A stretch of DNA of 64,000 bases from an uncultured Chloroflexia bacterium (GTDB lineage Bacteria; Chloroflexota; Limnocylindria; Limnocylindrales; CSP1-4): positions 21,115 to 85,114 of the forward strand of contig CAVVDC010000008.1 in the NCBI GenBank assembly GCA_963746855.1. The letters are read 5' to 3'. Positions 16,178 through 26,005 of the stretch are shown one piece after another. The notes under the pieces are model-generated. The model searched no databases. It saw nothing but the letters and a program-made list of their open reading frames with translations, and had not been told where the DNA came from. How positions within the stretch are numbered: the stretch's first letter is position 1; each line of letters opens with the position of its first letter. The translations under genes were made by a program, and so were the position numbers.

Positions 16178-17994
16178 GCGACCTGGTTGTACGGCGTCCA
16201 GAGCCGCATCGAGTGGACGTCGGCCCCAGGCAGTGGCGCGTTGGGCGCGGTCTCGATTCCGGCCACGAACGCCTTGACCATGGTCTCGTCAAGCTGGGTC
16301 CCGGCGGCGTCCTCGAGCCGATGGAGTGCCTCGGTCAGAGGAAGCGCCTTGCGATACGGCCGCGTGGTCGTCATCGCCGAGAAGGCGTCACCGATCGCGA
16401 GAATCCGGGCGATGATCGGGATCTCCTCACCCGCGAGGCGATGCAGATAGCCCGACCCATCCCACCGCTCGTGGTGGTGGCGGATGCCCATCCGGATGAC
16501 GTCGATCTCGGGAAGGTCGCGGACGATCATGTCGCCGAGGGCCACGTGCTGCTTGACGATGTCGTACTCGCCCGGGGTCAGGGCGCCGGGCTTGCGCAGG
16601 ATGTGATCGGGGATGCCGATCTTGCCGACGTCGTGGAGCAGACCGGCGACCCGGATCGTGTTGACAAGGTCCGGTTCGAGCCCCAATCGTTCCGCGAGAA
16701 AGACGCCGTAGCGCGCCACGTCCTCGGAGTGCTGCTTCGTGTAGCGGTCCTTGGTGTCGACCGCAAGGATCAAGCCCTGGAGGACGTCGAAGGTGCGCGT
16801 CTCCGGCTCCATCTCGATGGCCGAGCCGGCGACACGGACGGCGTCGCCACCGCTGGTCTTGGCTTCCTGGAGCATCGTCGCGGCGACGGTCAGGAGACCG
16901 GTCGCCGAATCGGCGTGGTCCGGATAGGTGCACACGCCGGCGCTGACGGTCAGCGGCAGGCGCTCGGCGGCATCGACCTGGAGGGCGTGATCCGCGAGCG
17001 AGACCCGCAATCGCTCGAGGACCTCCTCGATGTGATGAAAGGACGTGCCTGGCGCCACGATGAGCAGCTCATCGGGACCAGAACGGCCGAAGATCACGTC
17101 CGCCGGCAGGGTGGCTGTCAACCGGTCAACCACCGTCAGGAGCGCCTGATCTCCGGCGTCGTGCCCGTAGTGCTCGTTCAAGAGGCGGAAGTTGTCGATG
17201 TCGACGAGCGCGACGCCGATCGCCGCGTTCGTCGCGCGAGCCTCTTCCACGGACCGGGCGAGCGCCTCGACCAAGGCCCCGTGGTTGAGGGTCCCGGTCA
17301 ACGTGTCGCGCTGGGTGGCCTCGATCAGCGCGTCCGTCTGGCGACTGATCCGTCCCTGGGCCGACCGGAACACGAGGTACAGGGTGAACGCGGCGATGAG
17401 CCCGGCCGACAGGGTGACCAGGACGATGTTGCGACGGACCGTCTCCAGGAGGGTCAGGATGGGAACGGCGTCACGCCAGACGCCGACCACCGCCTGGACC
17501 TTGCCATCGGTGACCAGCGGGAAGTACTCCCGAAGGACGTTGGTCGTCTCCAGCGGCGGGCCGGTCGCCTCACTCAGCGGCGTGTCGGCGATCGTGGCCG
17601 TGGCGCTCTGGCCGGCCAAGGCCGCCGCGAAGTCGGGGCTGACCGGACTCGTGCTGCCGTGAAGGCTCGGCTGGTCGGCCAGCAGGACCCGTCCATCCGG
17701 GAGGCGAACCTCGACGCGCAATATCTTGCCGGGGCCCACCAGGTAGGCGAGGCGCTCCTGCATGTCGGCCTGCCGCTCCGGCGTGAGACCCGCCGGACCG
17801 AGATCCGCTGGCGTCAGGGTGCTCGTGACGAACAAGCGGACGAGCGCGGCGTCCGCGCCCACCGTGGCGTTGAGCGACGCGGCGTAGAAGTGCGTCGAGA
17901 CCATCACCGTCTGGACGACCGCGGTCAAGCCGACGATGACCAGGAAGATCCCGTAGACGAGGATCATCACGATGGGGCGCGGGACGCGGTGCAT
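16174..17994 (-). CDS. Membrane sensor with degenerate GGDEF domain and HD-GYP phosphodiesterase domain
   Basis: Two TM helices around an extracytoplasmic domain; DTLTG, DIDNFR..N...GH..GD, RSGPDEL; HSEDV, HDVGKIG, HHHERWDGSGYL, RPYR; start 17994 chosen over 18081. Confidence 0.88.
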   Translation of the reverse strand: MHRVPRPIVMILVYGIFLVIVGLTAVVQTVMVSTHFYAASLNATVGADAALVRLFVTSTLTPADLGPAGLTPERQADMQERLAYLVGPGKILRVEVRLPDGRVLLADQPSLHGSTSPVSPDFAAALAGQSATATIADTPLSEATGPPLETTNVLREYFPLVTDGKVQAVVGVWRDAVPILTLLETVRRNIVLVTLSAGLIAAFTLYLVFRSAQGRISRQTDALIEATQRDTLTGTLNHGALVEALARSVEEARATNAAIGVALVDIDNFRLLNEHYGHDAGDQALLTVVDRLTATLPADVIFGRSGPDELLIVAPGTSFHHIEEVLERLRVSLADHALQVDAAERLPLTVSAGVCTYPDHADSATGLLTVAATMLQEAKTSGGDAVRVAGSAIEMEPETRTFDVLQGLILAVDTKDRYTKQHSEDVARYGVFLAERLGLEPDLVNTIRVAGLLHDVGKIGIPDHILRKPGALTPGEYDIVKQHVALGDMIVRDLPEIDVIRMGIRHHHERWDGSGYLHRLAGEEIPIIARILAIGDAFSAMTTTRPYRKALPLTEALHRLEDAAGTQLDETMVKAFVAGIETAPNAPLPGADVHSMRLWTPYNQVA

Positions 17995-18190
17995 GGCGCC
18001 GAACACGGTGATCTGGCGGCTCCGACAGGGTGACGGGTCGTAAGTCCACCGACAGTACGGGGGTGTGCACGCACCCACCACGGGACGGAAGTCCCACGGG
18101 AACCGGGACCGTGAACGTTCCCGACGTCTCGAGTGACCGATGTCTCGCGGGGATCAGGGTCGGGTCAGAGCCTCGCCGAGCCGAGCGACG

Positions 18191-18664
18191 TCAGCGCGTC
18201 CTCGCAGCCTCGACGACGACCGTGCCGGCGATCAGGTCGTGCCAGCCGCGCCGGCGCTTGTCGATGAGGATCCAGAGATAGCCGAGCCCGAAGAAGAGCC
18301 CTGAGACCCAGTAGCCGATGAGCCGCAGGATGGCCTGCCCGCTCGTGATCGGCCCGCCGTCGCGGTCGCGCACGACTCGAATGTCCATCATCTTCATGCC
18401 CGGGGTCTGGCCGGACTGCGCCCAGAAATACGGGAAATATGCGAGGGGGATGACGAAGAAGCCGATCGCCGGCAGGATCGACAGGATCGGGACCGAGAAG
18501 AGCAGCACCACGGAGACGAGAAAGAGCAGGCCGACGACGATGCCTATGACGATGCCGTCGACGATGTACGCGACCAGCCTGGCGCCCGGTCCTCCGAAGG
18601 CGATGCCCGCTGCCGGCCCGAGCTCGGCCTCTGGCGCCTGCCAGCCCGTCGGTTGGTCAGTCAT
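18191..18664 (-). CDS. RDD family membrane protein
   Basis: ARLVAYIVD, GQTPGMKMMDIRVV, RRGWHDLIAGTVVV. Confidence 0.9.
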   Translation of the reverse strand: MTDQPTGWQAPEAELGPAAGIAFGGPGARLVAYIVDGIVIGIVVGLLFLVSVVLLFSVPILSILPAIGFFVIPLAYFPYFWAQSGQTPGMKMMDIRVVRDRDGGPITSGQAILRLIGYWVSGLFFGLGYLWILIDKRRRGWHDLIAGTVVVEAARTR

Positions 18665-20001
18665 GGCTCGATCGTATCGCGACCGAGGTACGACCGCAGC
18701 ACCTCCGGCACGACGACCGACCCGTCCGGCCGCTGGAACGTCTCCAGGAGTGCGGCGACGATGCGGGCGAGCGCCAGCCCCGAGCCGTTGAGCGTGTGGA
18801 CGAGTTCGGTCTTGGCGCCGGGCTCGGGTCGGTAGCGGATGGCCATCCGGCGGGCCTGGTAGTCCCGGAAGTTGGAGCACGAGCTGACCTCGAGCCAGCG
18901 CTCGACGCCCGGTGCCCACACTTCCAGGTCGTACTTGCGCGCCTGGGTGAACCCCATCTCGCGCGTGCTCATGAGCAGCACCCGGTACGCGAGCCCGAGG
19001 CGCTGGAGGAGGACCTCGGCCCGCCCGGTCATCCATTCGAGGGCCGCCGGCGAGTCCTCCGGGCGCTCGAACAGGACCATCTCGACCTTGTCGAACTGGT
19101 GAACGCGCAGGATGCCGCGGGTGTCCTTGCCGGCCGCCCCGGCCTCCCGTCGGAAGCAAGGCGAATACGCCGCATAGTGGATCGGCAGGTCGGCCGCCTC
19201 GAGGATCTCGTCGCGGTGGAGGTTCGTGACCGGGACCTCGGCCGTGGGGATGAGGTAGAGGTCGTCGCGAGTGACGACGTACATCTGGTCTTCCTTGTCG
19301 GGGATCTGACCGGTTCCGCGGGCGCTGTCCGCATTCACCACGGCGGGCGGCCACACCTCGGTGAAGCCGTGCTCGCGCGTATGGACGTCGAGGAACCAGT
19401 TGATGAGGCCGCGCTGCAGCGCCGAACCGGCACCCTTGTAGACCGGGAAGCCGGAGCCGGCGATCTTCGAGCCGCGCGCGTTGTCAAGGATGTCGAGGGC
19501 TTCGCCAAGCTCCCAGTGCGGCCGACGGGTCCAGGTGCCGCCGCCGAACGTGGCATCCGCGCCGACCTCGCCCTCGAGCGGCTGTTCGTGCGGGAGCTGC
19601 TCGCCCCAAGTGCGCACGGTGACGTTCGCCTCCTCGCCACCGACCGGGACGTCCGGGTCGGCCGGGTTCGGGATGCGCAGGAGTTGGTCGTCGAGGGCCG
19701 CCTCGGTCTCGGCCAGCTCGGCGTCGATCACGGTGATCCGCTCGCCGGCGGCGGTCGAGCGCGCTCTGAGGCCCGCGACCTCGGGTCCATCCGGGGCCGC
19801 CCCGTCCTTGATGGCCTCGCCGACCTGCTTCGAGACCGCGTTCCGTTCGGCCTTGAGCGCCTCGCCCTCGGCCAGCAGGCGACGCCTGGTGGCGTCCAGC
19901 TCCAATGCGGCGTCGACGAGCGCGGGATCCTCGCCCTTGTCGGTCGCCCCGCGGCGGATGACGTCGGGCTCGTCGCGGAGCCGCTGCAAGCCGACGCTCA
20001 T
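18661..20001 (-). CDS. serS: Serine--tRNA ligase
   Basis: N-terminal coiled coil; LIPTAEVP, FRREAGAAGKDTRG..RVHQFDKVE, EVSSCSN, HTLNGSGLA. Confidence 0.97.
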   Translation of the reverse strand: MSVGLQRLRDEPDVIRRGATDKGEDPALVDAALELDATRRRLLAEGEALKAERNAVSKQVGEAIKDGAAPDGPEVAGLRARSTAAGERITVIDAELAETEAALDDQLLRIPNPADPDVPVGGEEANVTVRTWGEQLPHEQPLEGEVGADATFGGGTWTRRPHWELGEALDILDNARGSKIAGSGFPVYKGAGSALQRGLINWFLDVHTREHGFTEVWPPAVVNADSARGTGQIPDKEDQMYVVTRDDLYLIPTAEVPVTNLHRDEILEAADLPIHYAAYSPCFRREAGAAGKDTRGILRVHQFDKVEMVLFERPEDSPAALEWMTGRAEVLLQRLGLAYRVLLMSTREMGFTQARKYDLEVWAPGVERWLEVSSCSNFRDYQARRMAIRYRPEPGAKTELVHTLNGSGLALARIVAALLETFQRPDGSVVVPEVLRSYLGRDTIEP

Positions 20002-21617
20002 GAGCGGGTGCTCCCATCTTCCGTCCATCCGGACGCTTCCCAACTACGCTCCGTCACGAACGCCGGGTCGAGACTGGCGAGCAGCCAACCGGCGCGAGGT
20101 CCGTTCGAGCGACCAAGGAAGGCGCGGTAGATAGACTCGAAGGCGCGGCGTGGCGGCAGCTCGTCCTGTCTCGCCAGGGTGAAGATCAGCGACTGCCAAC
20201 CTTCCCCGCCCTCGGGCGCTTCTCGTTCGCCGAAATTCGAGAGCATGGCAAGGAACCGTCGCTGCGGCGGGTCGAGGTCGGTCACGACATCGGGGAGGCC
20301 GTCGTACCGGACGGCGACCTTGGCCGACTCCGGGGCGTAGTTCTCGATCCAGGCTCGAGCGGCCGCGACCCGCTCCTCGAGGATGCTCCGCTCGCGCTCG
20401 CTGAGCGGGCTTCCCTTCTCCGCCTCGATGCGCGCGGCGACATCGACGCCCGGGATCTGGGCCAGCAGCGCGAGGTGTGAGAAGGCCGGCCGGAAGGCGG
20501 CCGCCTCGGCCGCCACGTCCGCCTGGGGGTCCATCAGGGCATATCGGAAGGTCGCCTCGTGCCCGGGCGGGAGCTCGCCCTTCACCTCATGGCCTGCCGT
20601 GGCCGCGGCGAACTTGTCGAACTCGTCGAACAGGCGCGGGATCGCGTCCGTGCCGTCGGGGTCGAACTCGATGGCATGGTTGGGTCGCGGGCGCAGGAAC
20701 AGGAAGCGAAGCTGTTCCGGCGGGATGACCTCGACGATCTCGTGGGCTGCCGCGCCACGACCCTTCGACGTCGACATCTTGCGACCGCCGATGTTCAGGA
20801 ACTCGTACGGCACGTTGAGCGGCGGCTCGCGCTCGTAGACCTCGCGCGCGATCGCATCGCTTCGATCGCGCGAGCCGCCGGCGGTGGAGAGGTCTTTCCC
20901 GCACGGCTCGATGGTCACCCCGAACAGCGACCACTGGGCCGCCCATTCGAGGTTCCAGGGCAGCTTGGCGGCCCCGCCGAACGGCGAGATCCAGCCCGAC
21001 GAGCCGCAGCCATGCGCCCAGGTCACGAGGGCGGGCCGGCATTCGTAGAACACGCGCTCGCCGTCCCACTCGGTGACGATCGTGGTGCCGACCTTGCCAC
21101 AGGTCGGGCAGATGACCCCGAGCGGGTGCCACATGTCCGGATGCTGCACGTTGGCGACGCGACGGTAGATCTCGCGCACGAGCGCGGCCCGGTCGAGCGC
21201 GATCCGGATGAACGGGTCCATCTGGCCGGTCGGATAGATGTCGCTCATCCAGTAATAGCGGTCCGGATGGATGCCGAGGCCCGCGAAGACGTCGATGAAC
21301 CGCTGGGCGTGGTGCCGCGCATACGACGCGTGGCCATCGCCGGCCTGGTCGGGGACGTGGGCCAGGGGCCGCCCCATCTCCTTCTCGACCGCATCGGGGG
21401 TCAGGAGCGCCTGGGCGTCCATCGGGTCAAGGTCGTCGACGCCGTAGAGAAACGTCGTCTCGATGTCGTTCGCGCGCAGTGCGCGCACGATGACGTCGAG
21501 GATGACCGGGCCGCGCAGGCTGCCGACGTGGACGGTGCCCGACGGGGTCTTGGAGTCGTTGACGACCTGGGGTCCGCGATCGCGGACTCGTGCCGCGAGT
21601 TCGTCCGCCCAGTCCAT
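19998..21617 (-). CDS. lysS: Lysine--tRNA ligase, class I
   Basis: TPSGTVHVGSLR (HIGH-like), DDLD, CPTCGK, EPCGKD, KMSTSKG, GPRAG. Confidence 0.93.
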   Translation of the reverse strand: MDWADELAARVRDRGPQVVNDSKTPSGTVHVGSLRGPVILDVIVRALRANDIETTFLYGVDDLDPMDAQALLTPDAVEKEMGRPLAHVPDQAGDGHASYARHHAQRFIDVFAGLGIHPDRYYWMSDIYPTGQMDPFIRIALDRAALVREIYRRVANVQHPDMWHPLGVICPTCGKVGTTIVTEWDGERVFYECRPALVTWAHGCGSSGWISPFGGAAKLPWNLEWAAQWSLFGVTIEPCGKDLSTAGGSRDRSDAIAREVYEREPPLNVPYEFLNIGGRKMSTSKGRGAAAHEIVEVIPPEQLRFLFLRPRPNHAIEFDPDGTDAIPRLFDEFDKFAAATAGHEVKGELPPGHEATFRYALMDPQADVAAEAAAFRPAFSHLALLAQIPGVDVAARIEAEKGSPLSERERSILEERVAAARAWIENYAPESAKVAVRYDGLPDVVTDLDPPQRRFLAMLSNFGEREAPEGGEGWQSLIFTLARQDELPPRRAFESIYRAFLGRSNGPRAGWLLASLDPAFVTERSWEASGWTEDGSTRS

Positions 21618-21630
21618 GAGCTCTCCGGGT

Positions 21631-22095
21631 CTAGGTGATTCCGACGATCCTGTACGTGAAGTCGCCCGCGGGCACCCGTACGACGACCTTGTCGCCTTTC
21701 TTCTTGCCGAGGAGCGAACGGCCGACCGGACTCTCGTTGGAGATGCGTCCCTCGGCGGGCTTGGCCTCTGCGGAACCGACGATCGTGAACGTCTCTTTGC
21801 CGTCGGGGCTTTCGACCGAGACCGTCGAGCCGATCTGGACGTGGTCGGTGGAGTGGTTCTCGTCGATGATCGTCGCGTTCTTGATGATCGCCTCGAGGGT
21901 CTGGATCCGGCCCTCGACGAACGCCTGCTCGTTCTTGGCGTCCTCGTACTCGGCGTTCTCGGACAGATCCCCGTGCTCCTTGGCATCGTGGATCCGATTG
22001 GCGACCTCGGGCCGCTTGACGCTGACCATCTCGTCGAGCTCGTGGCGGAGCTTCTCGAGACCGTCGCGGGAGAGGTAGGTGGGCTTGTTGTTCAC
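21631..22095 (-). CDS. greA: Transcription elongation factor GreA
   Basis: HGDLSENAEY, ISNESPVG; GTG start at 22095. Confidence 0.97.
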   Translation of the reverse strand: MNNKPTYLSRDGLEKLRHELDEMVSVKRPEVANRIHDAKEHGDLSENAEYEDAKNEQAFVEGRIQTLEAIIKNATIIDENHSTDHVQIGSTVSVESPDGKETFTIVGSAEAKPAEGRISNESPVGRSLLGKKKGDKVVVRVPAGDFTYRIVGIT

Positions 22096-22153
22096 GTCAG
22101 CTAGCCCCCGATGCAAGGTTCCGGTGGGATGACCGGGACTGGGCGGTCAGGTG

Positions 22154-22205
22154 ATAAAGGAAAGAACTCCAGGCATGCGACGGGTGTCCCGCGCGCCTGA
22201 AGTTC
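22154..22205 (-). terminator. Intrinsic terminator-like hairpin inside greA 5' leader
   Basis: GAACTTCAGGC...GCCTGGAGTTC stem followed by TTTCCTTTAT, located between the greA promoter and start codon. Confidence 0.65.
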
Positions 22206-22219
22206 CGAACCGGGAGCGA

Positions 22220-22248
22220 ATGGTAGTCGCGGGGGACGTGGGTGTCAA
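22220..22248 (-). promoter_or_regulatory. Sigma70 promoter for greA-lysS-serS
   Basis: TTGACA-N17-TACCAT. Confidence 0.8.
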
Positions 22249-22274
22249 AGGTGGCCGCCGCATCGGGAACCGAC

Positions 22275-22745
22275 CTATGACCCTTCCGCCAGCCGCAACA
22301 GCCGCCGCTTCACTCGTTGCAGCGAGCCGCGGTCCGGAAGCGCCACGAACAGCGTGTCATCTCCGGCGATGGAGCCGGCGACCTCCGGCCAGCGAGCCCG
22401 GTCCAGGGCCGCCGCGATCGCGTGCGCCGAACCAGGCAGCGTGCGCAGGACGAGCAGCAAGCCCGCCTCGTGGATCTCGAGCGGCAGATCGGAGAGCAGC
22501 TTCCGGAGCCGGTCCTCACCCGAGGTCTCTGCCTCGATGAGCCGCGGCGGCAGCGCGTAGGCGGCGATCCCCTCGCGCGACACCTTGATGAGGCCGAGCT
22601 CGGCCACGTCGCGGCTGATGGTGGCCTGGGTCGTGCGGAACCCGCGTTCGCGCAAGGCGGTCGCCAGCTCCTGCTGCGTCCGCAGCGGACGAGCGTCCAC
22701 GAGATCGCGGATCGCGCGTTGCCGAAGCTGCTTCATGACTTCCAT
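22275..22745 (-). CDS. argR: Arginine repressor
   Basis: TQQEL, TQATISRD, RTLPGSA, GSIAGDDT. Confidence 0.95.
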   Translation of the reverse strand: MEVMKQLRQRAIRDLVDARPLRTQQELATALRERGFRTTQATISRDVAELGLIKVSREGIAAYALPPRLIEAETSGEDRLRKLLSDLPLEIHEAGLLLVLRTLPGSAHAIAAALDRARWPEVAGSIAGDDTLFVALPDRGSLQRVKRRLLRLAEGS

Positions 22746-22757
22746 CGAGGCGCCCCG

Positions 22758-23585
22758 CTACCGCGCCAGCCAGACCACGACGACCAGGGCCGCCAAGCCC
22801 AGGCGATAGACGACGAAGATGTCGAGTGAACGCGTCCGGACGTACTCCATCAGGAAGCGGATGGCGATGAGCCCCGACACGAAGGACGCGATCAGCCCCA
22901 CGATGAGCGGGCCAGCGGCGATGGTCACACTCGCCTCGCCGGTGATGAGCTGGCGGGCCTCGAAGATGATGGCGCCGGCGGTGATCGGGGTCGCCATCAG
23001 GAAGCTGAATCGCGCGGCGGACGATCGATCGAGACCGGCCAGTCGGCCGGCCGAGATGGAGACGCCGGATCGGCTGATCCCGGGCACGAGCGAGAGCACC
23101 TGGGCCACGCCGATGCCGGTCGCGATCGGGAACGTGATCTGTTCCATGTGGCGCGAGGTCCCGCCCCAGCGGTCGGCCAGCCACAGGATGACCGCACCGA
23201 CGACGAGCGTCACCGCGACCAGGCCGATCCCCCGGAACGAGGTCTCGATGACGTCGTTGAACACGGCCCCGGCGATCGCTGCCGGGATCGTGGCTGCGAC
23301 GATGAGCCAGGCCAGGCGTCGGTCCGGATCGTCGCGGAACGAGCGATCGCGGATGGTCGCGAAGCCCGCGGGCACGATGCGGAGCCAGTCGCGGCCGTAG
23401 TAGATCAGCAGGGCGGCCAACGTCCCCAGGTGGAGCATGACCCCGAATTCGAGCGAGTCGATGAACGTGTCATCCCAGCCGAACAGGAACGGCACGATGA
23501 TCAGGTGCGCGGACGACGACACCGGCAGGAACTCCGTGAGCCCCTGCACGATCCCCATCACCAGCGCCTGGAACAGGATGTCCAT
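22758..23585 (-). CDS. uppP: Undecaprenyl-diphosphate phosphatase (BacA)
   Basis: QGLTEFLPVSSSAH, PGISRSG, FSFL, FVVYR. Confidence 0.95.
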   Translation of the reverse strand: MDILFQALVMGIVQGLTEFLPVSSSAHLIIVPFLFGWDDTFIDSLEFGVMLHLGTLAALLIYYGRDWLRIVPAGFATIRDRSFRDDPDRRLAWLIVAATIPAAIAGAVFNDVIETSFRGIGLVAVTLVVGAVILWLADRWGGTSRHMEQITFPIATGIGVAQVLSLVPGISRSGVSISAGRLAGLDRSSAARFSFLMATPITAGAIIFEARQLITGEASVTIAAGPLIVGLIASFVSGLIAIRFLMEYVRTRSLDIFVVYRLGLAALVVVVWLAR

Positions 23586-23622
23586 GGTCTAGGCGCCGAT
23601 TCTCAGTTCGGATGTCGTGTCG

Positions 23623-25857
23623 TTACCTGATGAAGAGCGGAGCGAGGACGAGGGTGATGGTCGCGAGCAGCTTCACCAGGACGTGAAGCGACGGGCCGGC
23701 GGTGTCCTTGAACGGATCGCCGACCGTGTCGCCGACGACGGCCGCGGCGTGGGCGTCGGAGCCCTTGCCGAGCACGTTGCCCTCGTCGTCCTTGAGCTGG
23801 CCGGATTCGATGTACTTCTTCGCGTTGTCCCACGCGCCGCCGCCGTTGTTGAGCACGGTGGCGAGCAGGACACCGGAGATGGTGCCGACCATCAGCATGC
23901 CGGCGACCGCCTCGTAGCCGAGGAGGACGCCCACGATGATCGGCGTGGCGACGGCGACGAGGCCGGGCGCGACCATCTGTCGAAGGGCCGCCTTCGTCGT
24001 GATGTCGACGACGCGGGCGTAGTCGGGACGCTGGGTGTAATCCATGATCCCGGGCATCTCGCGGAACTGGCGGCGCACCTCGACGATGATCGACTGCGCG
24101 GTCGTGCCGACCGCACGGATCGCGAGCGAACTGAAGAAGTACACGAGCATCGCCGCGATGAGCGCAGCGATGAACACGTTGACATTGGCCAGGTTGACCG
24201 ACTCGAGCAGCTTGGCGCCATCGACGTGGGCCTCGATCCGCCGGCCCTGGATGACGTTGACCTTGTCGATGTAGGCGGAGAAGAGCAGGAACGCCGCGAG
24301 CGAGGCCGAGGCGATCGCGTAGCCCTTGGTGAGTGCCTTGGTGGTATTGCCGACGGCATCCAGGCGGTCGGTGATCTCGCGGGCGCCCGCCTCCGCGCGG
24401 CTGAACTCCGCGATGCCACCGGCGTTATCGGTGATCGGGCCGAAGGTGTCCATCGCCAGGATGTACGCGGTCGTCATCAGCATGCCCATCGTCGCGACCG
24501 CGGTCCCGAAGATGCCTCCGACGTTCCGCCCGTCAGCGCTGATGAGTCCGGCATGGTCCCCGAGCCAGAAGCTGACGAAGAGCGCGATGCTGATCGTGAT
24601 CGCGGTCACGAGGGTCGTTTCGAAGCCCACGGCCGTACCGCTGATGATGTTCGTGGCCGGGCCGGTCTTGGACGCCTCGGCGATCTCGCGCACCGGCCGG
24701 AACGAGCCGGCCGTGTAGAACTGGGTGATGTAGACGAAGGCGACGCTCGTGGCGAGGCCGACGATGCCGGCGAAGAAGAAGTAGACCCAGGTCGGGAGCC
24801 CGAACGTCGTGCCCACGCCGCCGTTCGTATCCATCATCACGGACGTCGTGATCGCCAGCCCGACCACGGACAGCAGGGTGGTCACCCAGTACCCGCGGTT
24901 GAGCATGTTCATCGGGTCCTCGGTCTCCTTGCCGCGGACGAAGAAGATCGCCACGATCGTCGCCATCAGTCCGAAAGCCCGGACGACGAGCGGGAAGAAG
25001 ATCCAGGCCTCCGGGTTGGGCCAACCCGCGGCCTCCGCGATCGAGAACACGGCGACACCGAGGATCATCGCGCCGATGTTCTCGGCGGCCGTCGACTCGA
25101 AGAGGTCGGCGCCGCGGCCCGCGCAGTCGCCGACGTTGTCACCGACGAGGTCCGCGATGACACCCGCGTTGCGCGGGTCGTCCTCGGGGATGCCCTTCTC
25201 GACCTTGCCGACGAGATCCGAGCCGACGTCGGCGGCCTTGGTGTAGATGCCGCCGCCGAGCTGGGCGAACAACGCCACGAACGAGGCGCCGAACCCGAAG
25301 CCGACGATGAGGAACGGGGCGTCGGCCACGGTGACGTCACCGACGAACGTGTGGTACAGGGTGAAGATGCCCCACACGCCGAGCAGGGACAGGGCGACGA
25401 CCAGGAAGCCCGAGACGGCGCCGCCTCGCATCGCGACCTGGACCGCCTCGACGAGGCTGCGCCGGGCGGCCGACGCCGTCCGGACGTTGGCCCGAACGGC
25501 CACGAACATGCCGATGATCCCCGACGCCATCGAGCACGCCGCACCGACCAGGAATGCCACCGAGGTCATGATCCCGATCGGCAGGCCGGCGAGCTTGGGC
25601 ACGTCCGCGACTTCTGGGGTCTCGACGAGGGTGATCACCGCGCCGATGACGACCGCGCCGACGAGCGCGAGGATCGCGATGGTCGAGTACTGGCGCCGGA
25701 TGAAGGCGACCGCGCCCTCGTAGATCGTCCCGGCGACGTCCTGCATCTCGATGGTCCCGGTGTCACGCGCCAGGACGTCCCTGGCCAGGTAGACGGCGAA
25801 CAGGATGGCGATGATGCCGGCCGGCAGGATGATCAATTGGAGCGCACTGGCATCCAT
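23623..25857 (-). CDS. hppA: Membrane pyrophosphatase, probably K+-independent H+-translocating type
   Basis: DVGSDLVGKVE, EDDPRN, GDNVGD, GNTTKA (Lys at the K+-determining position), GDTVGDPFKD; GGAGG SD before ATG 25857. Confidence 0.93.
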   Translation of the reverse strand: MDASALQLIILPAGIIAILFAVYLARDVLARDTGTIEMQDVAGTIYEGAVAFIRRQYSTIAILALVGAVVIGAVITLVETPEVADVPKLAGLPIGIMTSVAFLVGAACSMASGIIGMFVAVRANVRTASAARRSLVEAVQVAMRGGAVSGFLVVALSLLGVWGIFTLYHTFVGDVTVADAPFLIVGFGFGASFVALFAQLGGGIYTKAADVGSDLVGKVEKGIPEDDPRNAGVIADLVGDNVGDCAGRGADLFESTAAENIGAMILGVAVFSIAEAAGWPNPEAWIFFPLVVRAFGLMATIVAIFFVRGKETEDPMNMLNRGYWVTTLLSVVGLAITTSVMMDTNGGVGTTFGLPTWVYFFFAGIVGLATSVAFVYITQFYTAGSFRPVREIAEASKTGPATNIISGTAVGFETTLVTAITISIALFVSFWLGDHAGLISADGRNVGGIFGTAVATMGMLMTTAYILAMDTFGPITDNAGGIAEFSRAEAGAREITDRLDAVGNTTKALTKGYAIASASLAAFLLFSAYIDKVNVIQGRRIEAHVDGAKLLESVNLANVNVFIAALIAAMLVYFFSSLAIRAVGTTAQSIIVEVRRQFREMPGIMDYTQRPDYARVVDITTKAALRQMVAPGLVAVATPIIVGVLLGYEAVAGMLMVGTISGVLLATVLNNGGGAWDNAKKYIESGQLKDDEGNVLGKGSDAHAAAVVGDTVGDPFKDTAGPSLHVLVKLLATITLVLAPLFIR

Positions 25858-26005
25858 CAGGTCAGAAGGTCCTCCACCCTTGGGCTGTTGACCCGATGCC
25901 GTCCGCGGCTCGTGGCAGGCGCCACTCGGGACGGGCGAACCGGGGAGTGCTGCCTCTGGTCCCGACGGCATGCACCGGGAGCTGGGACCTTGCAGGCCGG
26001 CGGCG

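Noticed and set aside
15135-16277. Plus-strand (GV)n-rich 380-aa ORF
   Set aside because: Antisense of the PT-repeat protein, which has the signal peptide and membrane anchor
14898-18190. Possible genomic island at tRNA-Ser
   Set aside because: No integrase, no duplicated tRNA 3' end seen, and composition similar to the flanks
17995-18190. c-di-GMP riboswitch upstream of the GGDEF/HD-GYP gene
   Set aside because: No class I or class II consensus elements recognised
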